This document shows positions 1 to 13,534 of a DNA stretch of 64,000 nt, in pieces. Position numbers and translations under genes: made by a program. The DNA lies in the NCBI GenBank assembly GCA_905178155.1, contig CAJINV010000002.1:1339809-1403808 (forward strand), given 5' to 3'. The notes beneath the pieces are model-generated. The model made no database searches. It had not been told where the DNA came from and was given only the letters and a program-made list of their open reading frames with translations. Position 1 is the stretch's first letter. Each line of letters begins with the position of its first letter. Source of the stretch: Amoebophrya sp. A120. Taxonomy: Eukaryota; Protista; Dinoflagellata.

Positions 1-247
1 GCCCTGCCGCCTCTTTTGGAGGCATGATTGCATCCCGAGAGAGACAACCAAACTCTCATCCTGCTCGTAGCCGACTACTCTACAGAGGACATGCATTTTC
101 CCAGGTGTTAACCGGATCGACGAGGATGTTCCGCCAGTGCACGAATAAATATTTTTGAGCCTGCCTGGATCATTCAATATTACGACCCCTGATGTCGTGC
201 ATACGGCTACGTGCTAAAGTTGAAAGTGTAACTGCAAGAAGCTGAAG

Positions 248-2098
248 CAGGATATTGCGCTAGTTTTTCTTTTATACATAGACGAATTCAGAGCAACTCC
301 CTCAACCAACGAGTCATCACATGTTATTCATACCCCGCTCTCACACGACCCACAGATCAATGGTGCGTCCATCATGGAAACTTAAACTAGGTTTTTGCGG
401 CGACGCTAAACAAGCAAAACGCTCTCCCTTTTTGTTTTTTATATTCATTCAATTGCGCCGAGCTAAACATAGTATGCACTTCTTCTACGAGAATCAACTG
501 CTGCACTTTTTACGTCGTAACACCATGGAAACGAAAACAAATAACCCGGCACGCAGCCTTAGTTGGTGTAAGTAGGTACATGACTAAGCCGCACGCCCAT
601 GGAGCACGAGCACGACGCAGAAGCCGCTTGCTCCTTCTGGTAGTAAGCACGAGGAAACAAAGGCTATGCAGCGGCAGCCACGGAAAGGCCCGCCCGGGAC
701 GCACCGATGGCGCCAAGTAGACACACCGCGCCCCATCCCCCTGCCGGGCCGACATTGAGTAGCGCGGCGGGCGGAGAAATCAATGCAACTGCCGGCCGCA
801 GATGAGGGGGTCGCGCCCCCATGGCCGGTGCGGAGGGGCACATCAAGGGCCGCCGAGCGGCACACAGGCCACACGGCGGGCCCCGCGCACCCCGCGCAAT
901 CGCCCCGCTAAAATCGCGGGGGGGGCGAGCGTGGCAATGGGGCGCGCACGCCGCGCGCCCCGGCGGGTGTGGGCCACGATAAGAGAGGGCGGGCAGGGAG
1001 GCGCTTCCCGAAAAGCAATCCAAGCACGCGGAAGAGCGGCCGGCCCCCATACCGCAAACGGGTCCCGGTCCAGTAGACTAAAATGCGGGAGATGTCGTCC
1101 GCGGCCAGCTTTCCGCTTGCTCGATTCTCCGCCGCGCTGTGCTTCCGGTCCAGCGCGTTCGCCCGAATCATGTGGCCCGCGAAGGTCATGGTAGAGGATT
1201 CAAACCGTCGACGCACCGGGCCCCGCGGCCGCGGGGAGGAGACTGAAGCACTCCTGGCGCCTCTTCCACCATGATGTCACGACCCCTCATTGAGTATACT
1301 GGTAAGCGATGTGCGCATTGTCAGAGGTACGGGTAAGTGCCACCACCGTTGAACATGAAAATGCCAGAAACGGAGACAGGATATCGCGCTAGTTTTATTT
1401 TACGTAGACGAACTCAGAGAAACTCCCTCAACGAATGAACAATAACAAACTGACACGACGTCACATGTTATGCTGCATATCCCGCTCTCACACGACCCAC
1501 AGATCAATGGCGTCTTCATCATTGAAACTCGTTCTTTGAATAGACATCGACGAAGCAGGACGCCCTCTTCAACCTACCGCGTTGTAGACATGTTGCTGCT
1601 CTCGTTACGAAGCATGGAAGCGAAAACAAAGAACCCGGCGTCAGGCATTTGTTGGTCTGACTGGCGTCGGCGACTAAGGCCGCACGCCCATCCCCTTCCC
1701 CATGGCTAGAGCACGGGCAGGACATAAACACATCTTCCCTCAGCAACACGAGCAACCGAACAAATCCTGCACAGCGGCAACCGCGGGGCGGATCGCTCGG
1801 CGCGCAGCGGTGGGACCAAGACGCAACGCGCCACACCATTCTGCAAGGCCGGCAATGGCCGGCGCGGGGGGCGGAGAAATGCATTCTCTCACCTGGCGCC
1901 CACCGAGGGGGCCTCGTGTTCGTGCCCGGTGAGGAACGAAGAGCACCATACGGGAGGGCCGGCGGCAAACAGGCCACGGCCCCGCCTATGCCTCAGGCAG
2001 CCTCGCGCCAAGCAACGAAAAGCCCGCGCGCGGCAATGGGGCGCGCGCCCCGCGGGGCCCACCGGGTGGGCGCCAAAGCAATAGAGGGCGGGAGGGCC
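248..2098. repeat. Diverged direct duplication (~750 bp, offset ~1.1 kb) including a GC-rich island
   Basis: CAGGATATYGCGCTAGTTTT...GACGAAYTCAGAG...CCCGCTCTCACACGACCCACAGATCAATGG occurs at 248-363 and 1377-1510. Similarity continues through the GC-rich part (GCAATGGGGCGCGC at ~934 and ~2033). Confidence 0.8.
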
Positions 2099-4688
2099 GG
2101 CCCCGGCTGGCGCGCCTGCTGGAAAAGCGGGCGGCTGGATTATTGGCCGGCCCTGACAACACCGCGACGGAAATAATGCCCGGCCCTGATGACGCCGCGC
2201 CAGCAGGAAGGATATGTGGTTGATCTGCGATGGCCCAAAACGACGGGCGCCGCCTTGGCAATAGCAACCGGACTTTGCTGCTGCGGGGCCGCTACTGCTA
2301 CGCCGGGCATGGGTACATCCATGCTGGCCAGCGGTGCGTCCGTGCTGGCCAATCCATCAAACGCGAGAAAGCATAGCTGTTCGCACGCCAGGCCGTCCTC
2401 AACCTCTTCATCACGTAGGACTATTACTAAATAATGGACTTCTACTTGATTTCGCTAGGAGGTGCTCAAAACATCCAAGAAGCGGACGCCATCCACTCTC
2501 TGATGCTCGAAAAGATCGACACCCCCTCCGCTGATCTAACTCAAACTCGAAGTAGCTTCTCAATACACTATATTACTTCAGATAGGGAATTTTCCCATCG
2601 ACGTGCAGAAGGTCAGCAAGTGCGCGATGCAAAAGCAAATCGCTCTCGCTGCTCGGCGGGGGTCGCTACCGAAGGTAAAAAACAGAACTCCGGAATACCT
2701 CCATGCCAAAATGACGCACCATGCGAAGCGAGAAAGCAAAGACAAAGCAATTGTTTGAGAGCCACTGCTATCACCCCCGCTCATGCAGGCAATAGATAGG
2801 CCCATTCTTCTACAGCTGCGCCAACGAGCCATGCTCATGCCACATTATCATGAATTTCGGCAGTGCGCTGACATGATCACGCCGCTAACGCGAGGCCAAA
2901 CGAAACACACAAGGCGCTACAGAGGCGGATGGCAAAGAGGTTAGACCAAGGTGGGCCAAAGCCACCAAACGCGCCGCCGCATCTATCGGGCAGGGAACAG
3001 ATGCGAGGCGTGCGCCGCGCATGGCCGCGTCGTGGAACGAGGAGTCCGGGGCCAAAACATACTCGGCCGCCCGGCCGGCGGGGGGCCGCCATGGCCGGCG
3101 GGGCGGGGAGGCCCCGGCTGGCAGGGTAGACGGACAGAAAGGCAAGCACGGGCGGGCCAGAGACTCGGCGGGCGCGGTTTTTTTGCCTCGCTTCTTGCAT
3201 GGGCTGCCGCGGCGCGCTTTGAGCATGTTGCAAAACATTTTTGAAACGTTGCGCAACACGCAAAAAAGCGGCGTCTTGGCGCCCGGCACTGGCGCTCCTA
3301 CGGCTTGCAATTCCTCGCCCGGGTCGCCGTGACATCTTCTTCACCGCGCCTACTGCTCCGCCGGCAAACTTACCCGACGGAGCAGTTTGGTGGCGTCGCG
3401 GCTTGAAAGCCCTGCGCAAACCATCTTGATCCGGATTTTTGCGGGCCCTGGCGACTTGCCCTACTTCTGTATGATAGACTTTTATTCTAAATATCAAATG
3501 ACCGCAACGTTGTCGTGTACTATTACTTCTCTAAATTCCCACGGCGCATAGTCGTTGTTATCTCGTCGCAGTTCCCTCTTCACCTTCAACACTCTCCCCG
3601 CTCGCTCCGTCAAGAGTAGGATTTTTTATTTTTTCCTCGCTCTTCATGCATCTCGATATGGGAGAATAAGCATAGTCACATATTACTGTGCTACCCATCG
3701 TTTATTGGTACTACTGTGGCGCGTGTCGCCCTGCCTTTCCACTGGGACACTACATCTGTCGTTTTTCATTTTCTTCGGAGTCGCCACGTGATCATGACTT
3801 GATGGCCAGGGAGACGCCGAGACCTGCTTCGGGCGGATTCCAATCATCCTCCTCTCGGTCAGGGTCCGTCGTCTGGTATGCAGAAAAAAAACCCATCCCA
3901 GTCTTCTATCGCGTCTGCAAAAACATAAAGACCGCGTATGTGTATGAATGCTGGAATTATGTTCCTTTCTGCGGAACCAGTATCACTTCTGCAGAAAGCT
4001 GACATGCACAGGAGAACTTAGGATGGGTTTTTCTCATTGGATATTCGTCGTTTGAATAAATTTTCATTTTTGTCGAATAATTTCTAAATTTTAATGGTAT
4101 CTGTGCTATTCGGCTTCTCACGTTTCGGTGCCTCCAGGTCTCGATATTCCGCGGTTTTCGCTGCACCACCTGGATTCGCACAAAAAAATTAGGAGGCTGA
4201 GTCGTCGGTGAAAAAAAGCAGCGAGAACTGGCAGCCGTAAGTTCTAGTTGTGGTTTTTCGTCTACTTGCCTGTGCAAATAAAACAAGTAGAAGTAGTACA
4301 CAGTCGAAAACTCGACTCAAACAACCAAAAGAGGAACAGGGGCAAAGCAATTTCTAAAACTAAATCTCCGGTCTTCAAGAGAGCAAGCAACTAATAGATT
4401 TTATTTCGCTTCAAAAGTGGTTTCAAAATTTAAAGTATCAAACTAAAATCAATTCAATCAATCCTGACTTCAAAGAGCAGTAAATTGCAAACGATCATCA
4501 ACAAAAGGGAAAGACACGACATTTCTAGTAAGGAAAGGCTCGTTTTGATGTATTTTTTTCTTTATGTTGAAACGTTCTGAACCACAAGGGTCATTGACAA
4601 GTTCATTGTTTAATATGGAAACAAAAAAAGTTCACTATGTGTAAAAAGTTAGTGTCATTTTGTTTTTGTATTGCGAGAAAAAGAAGAT

Positions 4689-7458
4689 TTACAACGACAT
4701 CTCCCCTGTCGAGATTTCTCCCCTCTCGACGTCGGTGAGAGGGGGCCGAGACACCTCTATCGAAAGGAAAAATCCCCCCTCCCCATATCGAAAACGAAAT
4801 TTGTGATGCTGTATTTGAGGTCACAAATCGATTTGTCATGCTAGAAGGCCAAGAGCCGCAGTCGTTGCCTCGTTTGCAGACAATTTGTCATGCTGTTTCC
4901 CACTCTCAGATGCCTCCTCTCATGCTGAAGATGCAAGGCTTCGCCACGCCACCTAGCACTACAGTCCGCATCTTTTCCCGTGTAGCATGACAAAGCTGAT
5001 TTGTGACAACAAATCTGCCTTACAGATTTCCGTTTTGATATGGGGAGGGGGGATTTTTCCTTTTGATAACCTCCGACTCTTCTTCAGGCTCCTGTTCCGA
5101 CTCCTCTTCAGGCTATGCATCGCAAATATCGATCTAGGTTTCTTGGAAGACTGCGAGTTTGACATGCTAATTCTGTAGCGAGCAGAAATCTGTATTGCAG
5201 CAGTGCGAAACGCTGCCGACCCTTTTTCTACGACACGATGAATCTCGGATTTCTCATGCGTGGCTGGCATTGATAAACCTACCTCGCGGAACCTGTAATG
5301 CTCTGCGTGCATTTCGGACTACCTGATTTCTGTTCCAGGACATGCATGGCAGGCAAGTGCACTCTTCCGGACTCAGACATATTTGCATCCACCTGATAGC
5401 AAATGCATGATTTCGGTCGCCCCTGCCGCCGGCGCAGCTGCAGAGACGGAAAAAGAGGACGATGAGCTTGAGGAACCGCCGCCAATACCCAAACCGTTAC
5501 TCAAGTCGCTGTGTCCCCGCTGCCTGTAATGGATCATTGTCAAAAATTTCTTGTTTTGTAAATCAGTTTGTATCAGGTTTTGTATGAGCCCTGCGAACAA
5601 AAAATTATCATTCATGCAATCACTGGCACTCCCACTCCTACCTATTTACACCCAGTCGTCCATAATCCGCATGACAAAAACCATCGTTGTAGTTATTCTT
5701 ATTTACCTGGCCGGAAAGCCGGACTCGTGGGTTTTGTCGAAGGGTTTCCGCGGGGAGGATTTCCGGGAAGAGGAGGCGTGATTCATCCCCTTGTGGTCGA
5801 ACTTCTTGTAGTCCACCGTTTTAATCTGCTTCTGCTTCGCCCCGGCAGCCATCAGACTGGTGTTCAGCAAGATCCGCTCGCACATCTGCGAGATGGGCTT
5901 CAGGTGCTCCTTGAGCGACTCGTCGAACACCTGCTTGTTCTGCTGTGCCAGATCTTGTATGGCTTGCAAATATGCCTGGGTCTGGGAACTTGTGATGCAA
6001 GGGAGGGAATCGGGAGCGCACTGTCATGCACATGCGCTGGCAAGCATGACAAGTTTTTCCATGGTTTTCAGTTGCGTACTCTGCATAAGTAGCAGCGTTT
6101 TTGCATGACAGGCAAGAGGAGCTCAGTGCGGCCACGCAATACAGAGCTCATAGTTATGTCAGACTAGCATGACAAATTTCGCAACCTCCCAGACCCAGAC
6201 ATATTTGCATTCGATATCTTGCATCTTCTGGCTGAACACCTCGGAAAGCAGGTTCGTACTCGTCTCCTGACCCTGGGACAGGTTAGCGACGCCGCGCTCT
6301 AAGTTCGTCACAGTGTTCATGCCGGTCTGCAGCACGTTGCCCAACCGGTGCATCTCGCCCGTCAGGGAAGAGCCAGCCTGCGGTTTTTTCTTTAATATTG
6401 CAGCTGTGATTATTTCTGCATGGTCGTGAAGATACATGAACATTATGAAAAACTTTCCAAAACACCTGAAAGACGAAAGAATGTTGCCATGCATCGAAAA
6501 ATAGTCATAACATAGATACCGGTGCCGCCCCGGCATTAATGCGCATGTATCCCGTATTACCGCGGGACGCCAATTGCGCGGGGTTGTGCGCATAGGTCAC
6601 CGGTGCAGAAGCAGTAACAGTAGTAGTTGTGGTCGAAGGGGTACTAGTCGACGAGGATGTTGGTGCCGCACTAGTCGTGACAACCCGCTGGGAAGTACCA
6701 GATGTAGATGATGGCGTCGTACTAGTGGTCGGAATCGTATTAGATGAAGTCGCGCTCTTTGCGCCTGCACTCGTATAATTACCTGCCAACTGCCTGCTGG
6801 CCTGGTGGATCTGCTGTGCCAACGAGCGATTGTTCCCGGAGGTCTGCGGTCGTTCCACGGCCGGCGCGCTACGGACCACAACTTCCGCTGGCGAAGCAGC
6901 ATCGCCCATCACGGTGTCGCCTTGCGCGTCGGTACTGTTCATCGCATTTTGCTGCTGCTGCTGCTGCTGCTGCACGACGACGCGCGCAGCAGGAGCCACC
7001 GCTCCTGCCGGTGCGGGGGCCGGCGGGGTAACCGCCGGGACGATCAATTTCTTCACTTTCACCACACTTTTCCCCAGCTGCACCACCTCCTTCGAGAACG
7101 GATCATCTCCTTTTTCAACGACGGTCGGCGCCAGTTGCACGGGGTGTCGATCCTGCTGCACCACTGGGGTTTGCGCGGCCCGCGACGAGGCTTGTTGCAC
7201 CAGAGCGACCCTACCGCCAGCCGGCTGATGTACTAGTTGTCCACCCGCGACGAGATTGTTGCCGCCGAACCCGAGGAGATCGACTTGCGCGGGGCTGCGA
7301 GCGGTGGCAGTCCCGTTCGGTCTGGTACTGAAAGTCGGCGCCGCAGTCCGATTTTTGCTGAACGCCCCGTAGAAGCCGAAATTACTGCTGGTTGTGGACG
7401 CTAACGATGACGTCCGGGAGGACCACGGGTTTCCGTAGTTTGGGTTTCCGTTTTGCAT
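4689..7458 (-). CDS. Hypothetical low-complexity protein (Q/T/S-rich N-terminus), about 6 exons
   Basis: ORF 6505-7458 joins ORF 6159-6593 via GT-AG intron 6378-6519. Introner 5958-6216 gives QKMQD|LAQQNK. GT-AG intron 5524-5706 follows, then a degenerate element at 5114-~5398 (junction uncertain). Introner 4758-5068 gives EEESEV|SRPPL, with TAA at 4689. Confidence 0.65.
4758..5068. mobile_element. TIR introner, family E
   Basis: ~45-bp TIR TATC(G/A)AAAGGAAAAATCCCCCCTCCCCATATC. Perfect 5-bp TSD ACCTC at 4753-4757 and 5069-5073. Confidence 0.9.
5114..5398. mobile_element. Degenerate family A introner
   Basis: Left end TATGCATCGCAAATATC and right end CTCAGACATATTTGCA resemble family A TIRs. 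No matching TSD; the right boundary is uncertain. Confidence 0.55.
5958..6216. mobile_element. TIR introner, family A
   Basis: TIR TATnnnnTGCAAATATGYCTGGGTCTGG. TSD TCTTG at 5953-5957 and 6217-6221. Removal restores the frame. Confidence 0.92.
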
Positions 7459-8726
7459 TTTCGATGCAACCTCGTCGTCGCTGCTCAGGTAGGCAGTACT
7501 TCCTCGTTTCTTCGCGTATCAGAGGGTAGTAGTTTCACTTTTATTTCTAAAGTCTTGTTTGGGGTAGATTGTCTATTTCGCCTGGTGGGGTTGCCTTTAT
7601 TACTCTCCTGCAAGCCCTACTGTGTGGAACGATTCTTCATAGGTTTCGGTTGTAGTCAGACTTTCGACAAATTTGAAGAAAAGGAAGACGGTCACGAGTT
7701 TGCAATTTTTCCATAATTTGCCTACCCTTCTCCAAGAAACTGAAACTCTCGATTTTGAAGCAAAAAAACCACGACAGTCTGCAAGGAAGTAGTCGCTCGT
7801 CGCCCGGCCGATGATTCGTAAATTTTTGCGACAACTCCTCGAAAGTTTGGCGATGGAGGTGCTTCACTTGTACTAGATGACCTTCAGATCGAAAAAACAA
7901 ACCGATACGAAGCGTAGACCCAGTGTGTTATAGCCACTTGAAAAAAATGGTGACCGGAACGTAACAATAGACATACCTTATTTGCATTTTTCCACAGGAA
8001 GAGGTGGTGCCTGGCGCTTGGGCTACTAGAAGATTTAGTACTACTTTGCAAGATAGAATCTTTCTGCGCTGCATATTCTTGCCATAGAAGAACGCGACCT
8101 CGTCATGCAAGTGGGTGCAGCCACGTCTTTCTATTCTTGGTGCTCTCATCTTCTAGTTCTGTTGCGTAGCAGCTTCGTTAGTGGTTTGCAAAAAATTCAG
8201 TGGTCATAAACTCAAAGAGTCAGCAGCAATCTGGAGATAAGTGGTTCTATTCCAACTCCCCCACCATCGCACCGAAGCTCCCCCTTGTGCTCCAAATCCA
8301 ACACCCGCGACTCCAAACCATCTCCTCGTAGATACTTACCGCCGACTCGCGAAACCCAGGCTTCTTTCCCGGGTAGAAGTAGTTCATTCTGCTCTTGGAT
8401 GAGGTAGAAGTTCATTCTAAAGTTCGTACAGTTGGTTCAGGTCGTTTTTCCGCAAAACCAGAAACCCAAAATCGTTACCGTTCATTCATCTTCCGCAATG
8501 GTAGTATTCCGTAGTTACTACCATCGTGAACGATCAAAATTACAACGATGTAAAACTCCATTCCAAATTTCGTCAACATTCATCTTCCAGCACACTCGAT
8601 TATTCGCTGTTTTTTGGTCTCGCTTTCCGTTGACATATCAATCGCACACAAGAAAGTTCTGCTTCGAAGAAAATTTTCATCCCCTTCCGGTTAATACTGT
8701 ATCCTTGTTTATGTTTTCCCTCATGG

Positions 8727-11700
8727 TTACAAAGTGTTCATGGCTCGTTCATGCCGGGCGGTGGCCGTGGAGGTGGATCCAGCATCAGTATCACTGGCGG
8801 AAGTAGAAGTCGCAGGTCCGGCAGCTTCTCGGGCAGTAGTACTTGTGGTATTGACGGCATCTGCGGTCGTAGCTGCGTCGGTTGCAGAAGTAGATGATGT
8901 GATCGTCGGGTGATTAGTTTCTTGTTCAGTTTGCGTGCTGCCAGAGTTTGATGTGGTCTGCAGATTTTTCGATTGGGTAGTTGTTACCGTGCTTGTCCGG
9001 ATACTGCAACGACACCAAATGTTTGACGACTGCCGTACGTATTTCATGACAAACCCCACGTCTTTTGGGTGGTAAGGCGGCTTGATAGTCCCCGTTCGTT
9101 CACAGTACTTTTCTTCGTTCACCTTTTCGCACTTCCCCCTGCGGGCGATCCCCGGCTTTTCCAGAAACTCCAGCCGTTCCAACCCCTTCTTCACCAACTT
9201 CAGTCCCAAAACGTTCTGGAAATTTGCTAGCACTTCTGGTCGGACGAAAGAGCTCGCTGCCGGAGAAGTTGTTTCACTTTTGCTGATCTTGTCACCTCCT
9301 TCCGCTCCCTCACTGCTCGCTCGCGGGTACGCGAGGGCAACTCCAGCGTCCTCGTCCAGACGGTATGCGAGGTGCTGCTCCGCAAACCGCTGTACCGCGA
9401 ACAACGCCAGGTTTCTTCCGAGGACTAGGTCTACTTCGGACTTCATTTCGCCGTCATGCGTCTCTCTACTAGCAGCACCAGCAGCCTCCTTCCGGAGGAT
9501 AAAGTGGTTCAAAAACTGTCCAAAGTCGTACAGGATTTTGGAGAAATCAGCCACGACCTGTCCTTCTGCCCGGTGCTCCGCCAGACTCTGCTTGCGGTCG
9601 ATGGCGTTGACCCGCTTCATCAGCGATTTGCACACTGCGAGGTCAAACTGCTTTAGATTTTCCTCGTTGAGAAACTCCTGCATCACGAATTCCAGGAGTT
9701 GTGCCTCAATCGGCGGAAAAACGGCAATCAGGCTCTGCCAGTCCGCCACTTTCGCAAACTCCCCGAACATATCAAGTGCAAAAATGTCTGGGTCTGGAAA
9801 AGTGATGTAAACTTGTCATGCAGATTTTCGATCGCCTATGAGGTCTGGAATGCGGGACTTAGCATGACAGACTCTGCGAGGTCTCTGCCAAACAATGCCA
9901 TACCTATCCTGCATGAGAAACTCCATTCTAACTTGCTCAAAAGTGGACAGCTTTTGGTAATCTTCACGTAACACAGATTTTTACATGATTCAGATTTACC
10001 ATGACAAGTTGCCCTTGCCACCATCCAGACCCAGACATTTTTGCATTTGATAGAACATCCGCTGGATCGCCCGCCAGGCGGTGTCCGGCGTTTTGCGCTC
10101 GGAGTACCAGCGGTAGAAAACGGCCCAGAGTTGCGGCCCGAGCGTGGACAGAAGAAGATCTTCCTTCCGCAGGAGGCGCAAATGCTGCTGTAGCTCTTCG
10201 ACCGTGTAGGTCAGCTTCCCGTGGGGCGTCGTGGTCAAAACCTGCAGTGTCTTCCCGAGCAACTCGAACAAGCAGGTCAGGAAAATTTTCTGCTGCGGCA
10301 GGAGCAAGTAGAAATTCTTGTCCAGCAACGTTGTTGGTGGTTTTTCGAATGGTGTTCCGGATGATCCAGAGGACGAGGATCCCGGCCCGGCTGTTATTTC
10401 TGCGGGTTGTTCTTGGTTGTTGAAAAAATCCACCAATGTCTTGCAGACAAATGCGATCACACGGTGTGCCGGCTTGTTGACTTCTGCATTTTCCTGCTGC
10501 AAGAGCAGCGGCAGAAGCATCAAGATACAACGCGTTGGCGCTCCGGGATCGAGAGTAGAGTTTATTTCCTGATCTTGCTCCGCACCTACAACATTGCAGG
10601 CGCTTGTCAAACAGTTGAGAAGAAACTCCAATACGTTCGTGTGCTGATCAAAATCCGCCAGGATCTGCACGGCCCTCTTTTTTGCTGTCATCTCACTGCA
10701 GAAGTAGTACAGGTTATTCGCTGATTCCAAAACCCGCTCGACCAGCCGCAAAACTGGCTCGTGGGACCAGGAGGTAGTGGTAGTTTCTTCGAAGATGGAT
10801 GAAGTGCTAGCAGTACGATCTGCCCCTTCTGCCGTAGTGCTACTCGTCCTCGTCCTTGTCGTTTCACTTCCAGCAACTCGCAAGAGCGGCTTCAGCCAGG
10901 TGTAAAAGTGGTCTTTCACAAAGGCTGCGAACTCCTCTCCCCTGGAATCGTAGTCGAACTCGTGGCTGGTATACTTTGCAATCTCCTCGTGCACCCGCAC
11001 GAACGTCGGTCGCAGCCGTTTTGGTTCGCGAGTTATCTTTCCGCCGTTCACCATTACCAGACTTCTGATGCGCCCGAACAACAGGACGAGAACGACGTCG
11101 AGCACCCCGGTTTTCCCCAGCAACTCCAATGTGATGCTCTGCAGAATCGCTGCCCCGTAGGCCTTCCGGTAGAACTCGAGGTAACAAAACCCTTCTTCTG
11201 CGGTGCCACGGAGGATAAACTGCAACACCCCCATCAAACCCGAGACCGTCAATACTCCGCCGTATTGGAGGTCCGCAATTGTATGCAATGCAAAAGCATC
11301 GTACTCGTATAAATTGCATCACAAATTAGCCCAGCATTACAAATTGAATTTGTAATGCTGATTTACCTTGAGAAGGCCTAGGACATTTGTAATGCATAAA
11401 TGCAATTTTTACTACGAGTACGATACTTTTGCAGAGGATAAATTGTGATGCTCTGCAACTCGCCAACCAACAGCTCGATCAACTCGGCGTAGAAGACATT
11501 GGGCCAGCACTCGATGAGGATCTCCGCTGCGTTTTTGCTTCGTCTCCACACCAGGTTCTGCGACACGCCCTCCATTTCGTCGTAATACCGCCAAGGCAGG
11601 ACCAGGTAACGGGGGCTGTTGTTCCCCGGAGTTTTGCTTTCCACTGCTCCCTGTGGACGAACGCGTTTTTTCGCGTTCGGCTCTTCCTTCTCATCCCAAA

Positions 11701-12961
11701 ACCTGATACGCGGCAGCACGTCGTGCGGGGCGAGCGAAGTTGGAGTTGCAGAGGAAAATGTTGTACTACTTTGTGTTGTGTCCACCTCGGAGGTACTACT
11801 GCTCCTGCTCCGCGGCTTTCGCAGCACCAAATGCGGCACCAGACCGCTCAACACGCGCATGTACTTCGTGCCCATCCCCCGCTCGTCTTCCCGTACCGCG
11901 AGCGCCGTCAAGCGAGCGAACTTTTCCGTGTCATCTTGCAGCCCGCCGGTCGACGTGGAGGTGGAGTTCGACGTTGTCGTGCCAGAACTGTTCGTCGTGC
12001 TGCTCCTAAACAAGAGCGTGCACGGTTGGTACATGCCGTGCTCTTTGCAATCTTTCGTCCACTCCTTGTACCGGTCCAGGATGCGCTTCCACCGCTCGCG
12101 CACCGATGCCTGCTCCAGCTGGCGCACGGCGTGCATTTGGTCCTCGACGCCGTGGGTGGCGAACTGCTCCAACCAAGCGTCAAACTGCGTCATCGAGCAG
12201 AAGTCGTCCGGAATCATCGTTTGTTCGCCGCTTTCATCATCGTCCAGCGGAAGCACGGGATCCTCAAATTCGTCAAAAGGAATCTTTTCGTCTTCTGGCA
12301 AATCACGCTTTTGGCGAGAAGAAGATGTGGTGGAAGATTTTGATTCAGTTTCTCGCTGGTGTTTCAAAAGTCTCTCCTCCCGGAGTTGCTCTGCATCCAA
12401 CTGCCCGCTGATCAACTGTTCCTCTCCCCGCTGTACGAACTCCTTCACAGATTCACGACCCTCGCCCTCGCGGATCGCTAGTTCGCGTTCCTGTCGGCCA
12501 TGTTTCTCGTCCACCGTGGTGGGCGGTTTGGAAGTCGACAGGGAAGTGGAGCAGACCGTTGCAGAAGGTAGGCACGCGACGCCCTGCTTGTCATTCCGAG
12601 CCGCGGCTGCGGGCTGCACAACCTCCTGTTGGTTGCCAGATGCGACCTGGATTAAAGATGACGCTGGTCGTGACCCGGACTGCGTGGGCTGCGCAAGAAA
12701 ATCGTCTGCTTGCACGCAGTCAACTACAGCTGTCTTCGCAAGTCCAGCATCACTGTAAAATAGCATCGGACTTGTTTGGAGATTTTGTTTCTGATTCTGC
12801 GGATTCTGTAGTTCTCCTGCTGCCAAATGCGGCGTTGTAGCAGGGGTTATTCCCGGTATCCGTTCTTCTTGCCTCCCCGCAGCTGGTCCTGCCTCATTCA
12901 ACGATGAGTCCTCAATTTTCGTCATCTTGTTCGTGGTGGCAGAAGCGTTCTTCGTCTCCAT
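8727..12961 (-). CDS. Hypothetical protein, ~1260 aa, 3 exons
   Basis: Three long ORFs fuse in frame when introners 11282-11440 (QSITI|ADLQ) and 9770-10052 (QRMF|GEFA) plus one TSD each are removed. Exons 1521+1224+1038 = 3783 nt, divisible by 3. No family recognised. Confidence 0.85.
9770..10052. mobile_element. TIR introner, family A
   Basis: TIR TATCAA(G/A)TGCAAAAATGTCTGGGTCTGGA. TSD GAACA at 9765-9769 and 10053-10057. Confidence 0.95.
11282..11440. mobile_element. TIR introner, family B
   Basis: TIR TATnCnnTGCAAAAG(C/T)ATCGTACTCGTA. TSD AATTG at 11277-11281 and 11441-11445. Confidence 0.95.
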
Positions 12962-13534
12962 TCCACAGGTAGTAGAAGCCTAAGATGAGTCACAATGGCC
13001 TCGAAAACGTTTTTCCGACTGAAACAGTGCTGCGTGCTGAATGCCTTCCGTTAAATCCAGTCAATGTTCGCAGGGACGACTCGATGGTGTCATGCGGCGA
13101 TACGTCTTGGTCTCCTGGTAGTAAAAGTAGTCAAGGTACGAAATACCGGCGGGAAGATGTTGATGAAAAAATTGTCACTTCGAGCTTTGCTTGTATTTCT
13201 TCATCATACTACACCAGCTGTTTCCGTGTTCACTTAGTCTGCTAAGTCAAGCTGCTACACTACAACTCAGCAGGCCCTAAATAGATATTCCGGAAAACAA
13301 ATCAAACGCAATCGTGGTGGATGCCATGGCTCTTACGACGCTTTGTGCGGTTTTGAAGCCGTGCATGCATGCTTTCTTTCGATTCCGATTTGGCAAGAGA
13401 CTCTACTTTGCTCCCTCTCGAATTTTTTTCCTTGCGAATTTCGAAAACTCCGAATACGATGCTTGCTCGTTCAATGCGAGGTGGAAGTTGTTTCACGACG
13501 ACCGATTCATTTTTTCTTCATCGCTGCCAGGTCA

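Noticed and set aside
9770-10052. Tc1/mariner MITEs with a TA target duplication
   Set aside because: The TA belongs to the TIR; a separate 5-bp duplication lies outside it in 21 elements.
11429-12758. Long plus-strand ORFs (also 34979-35923, 36184-36937, 46032-46679)
   Set aside because: They are antisense shadows of the minus-strand exons.
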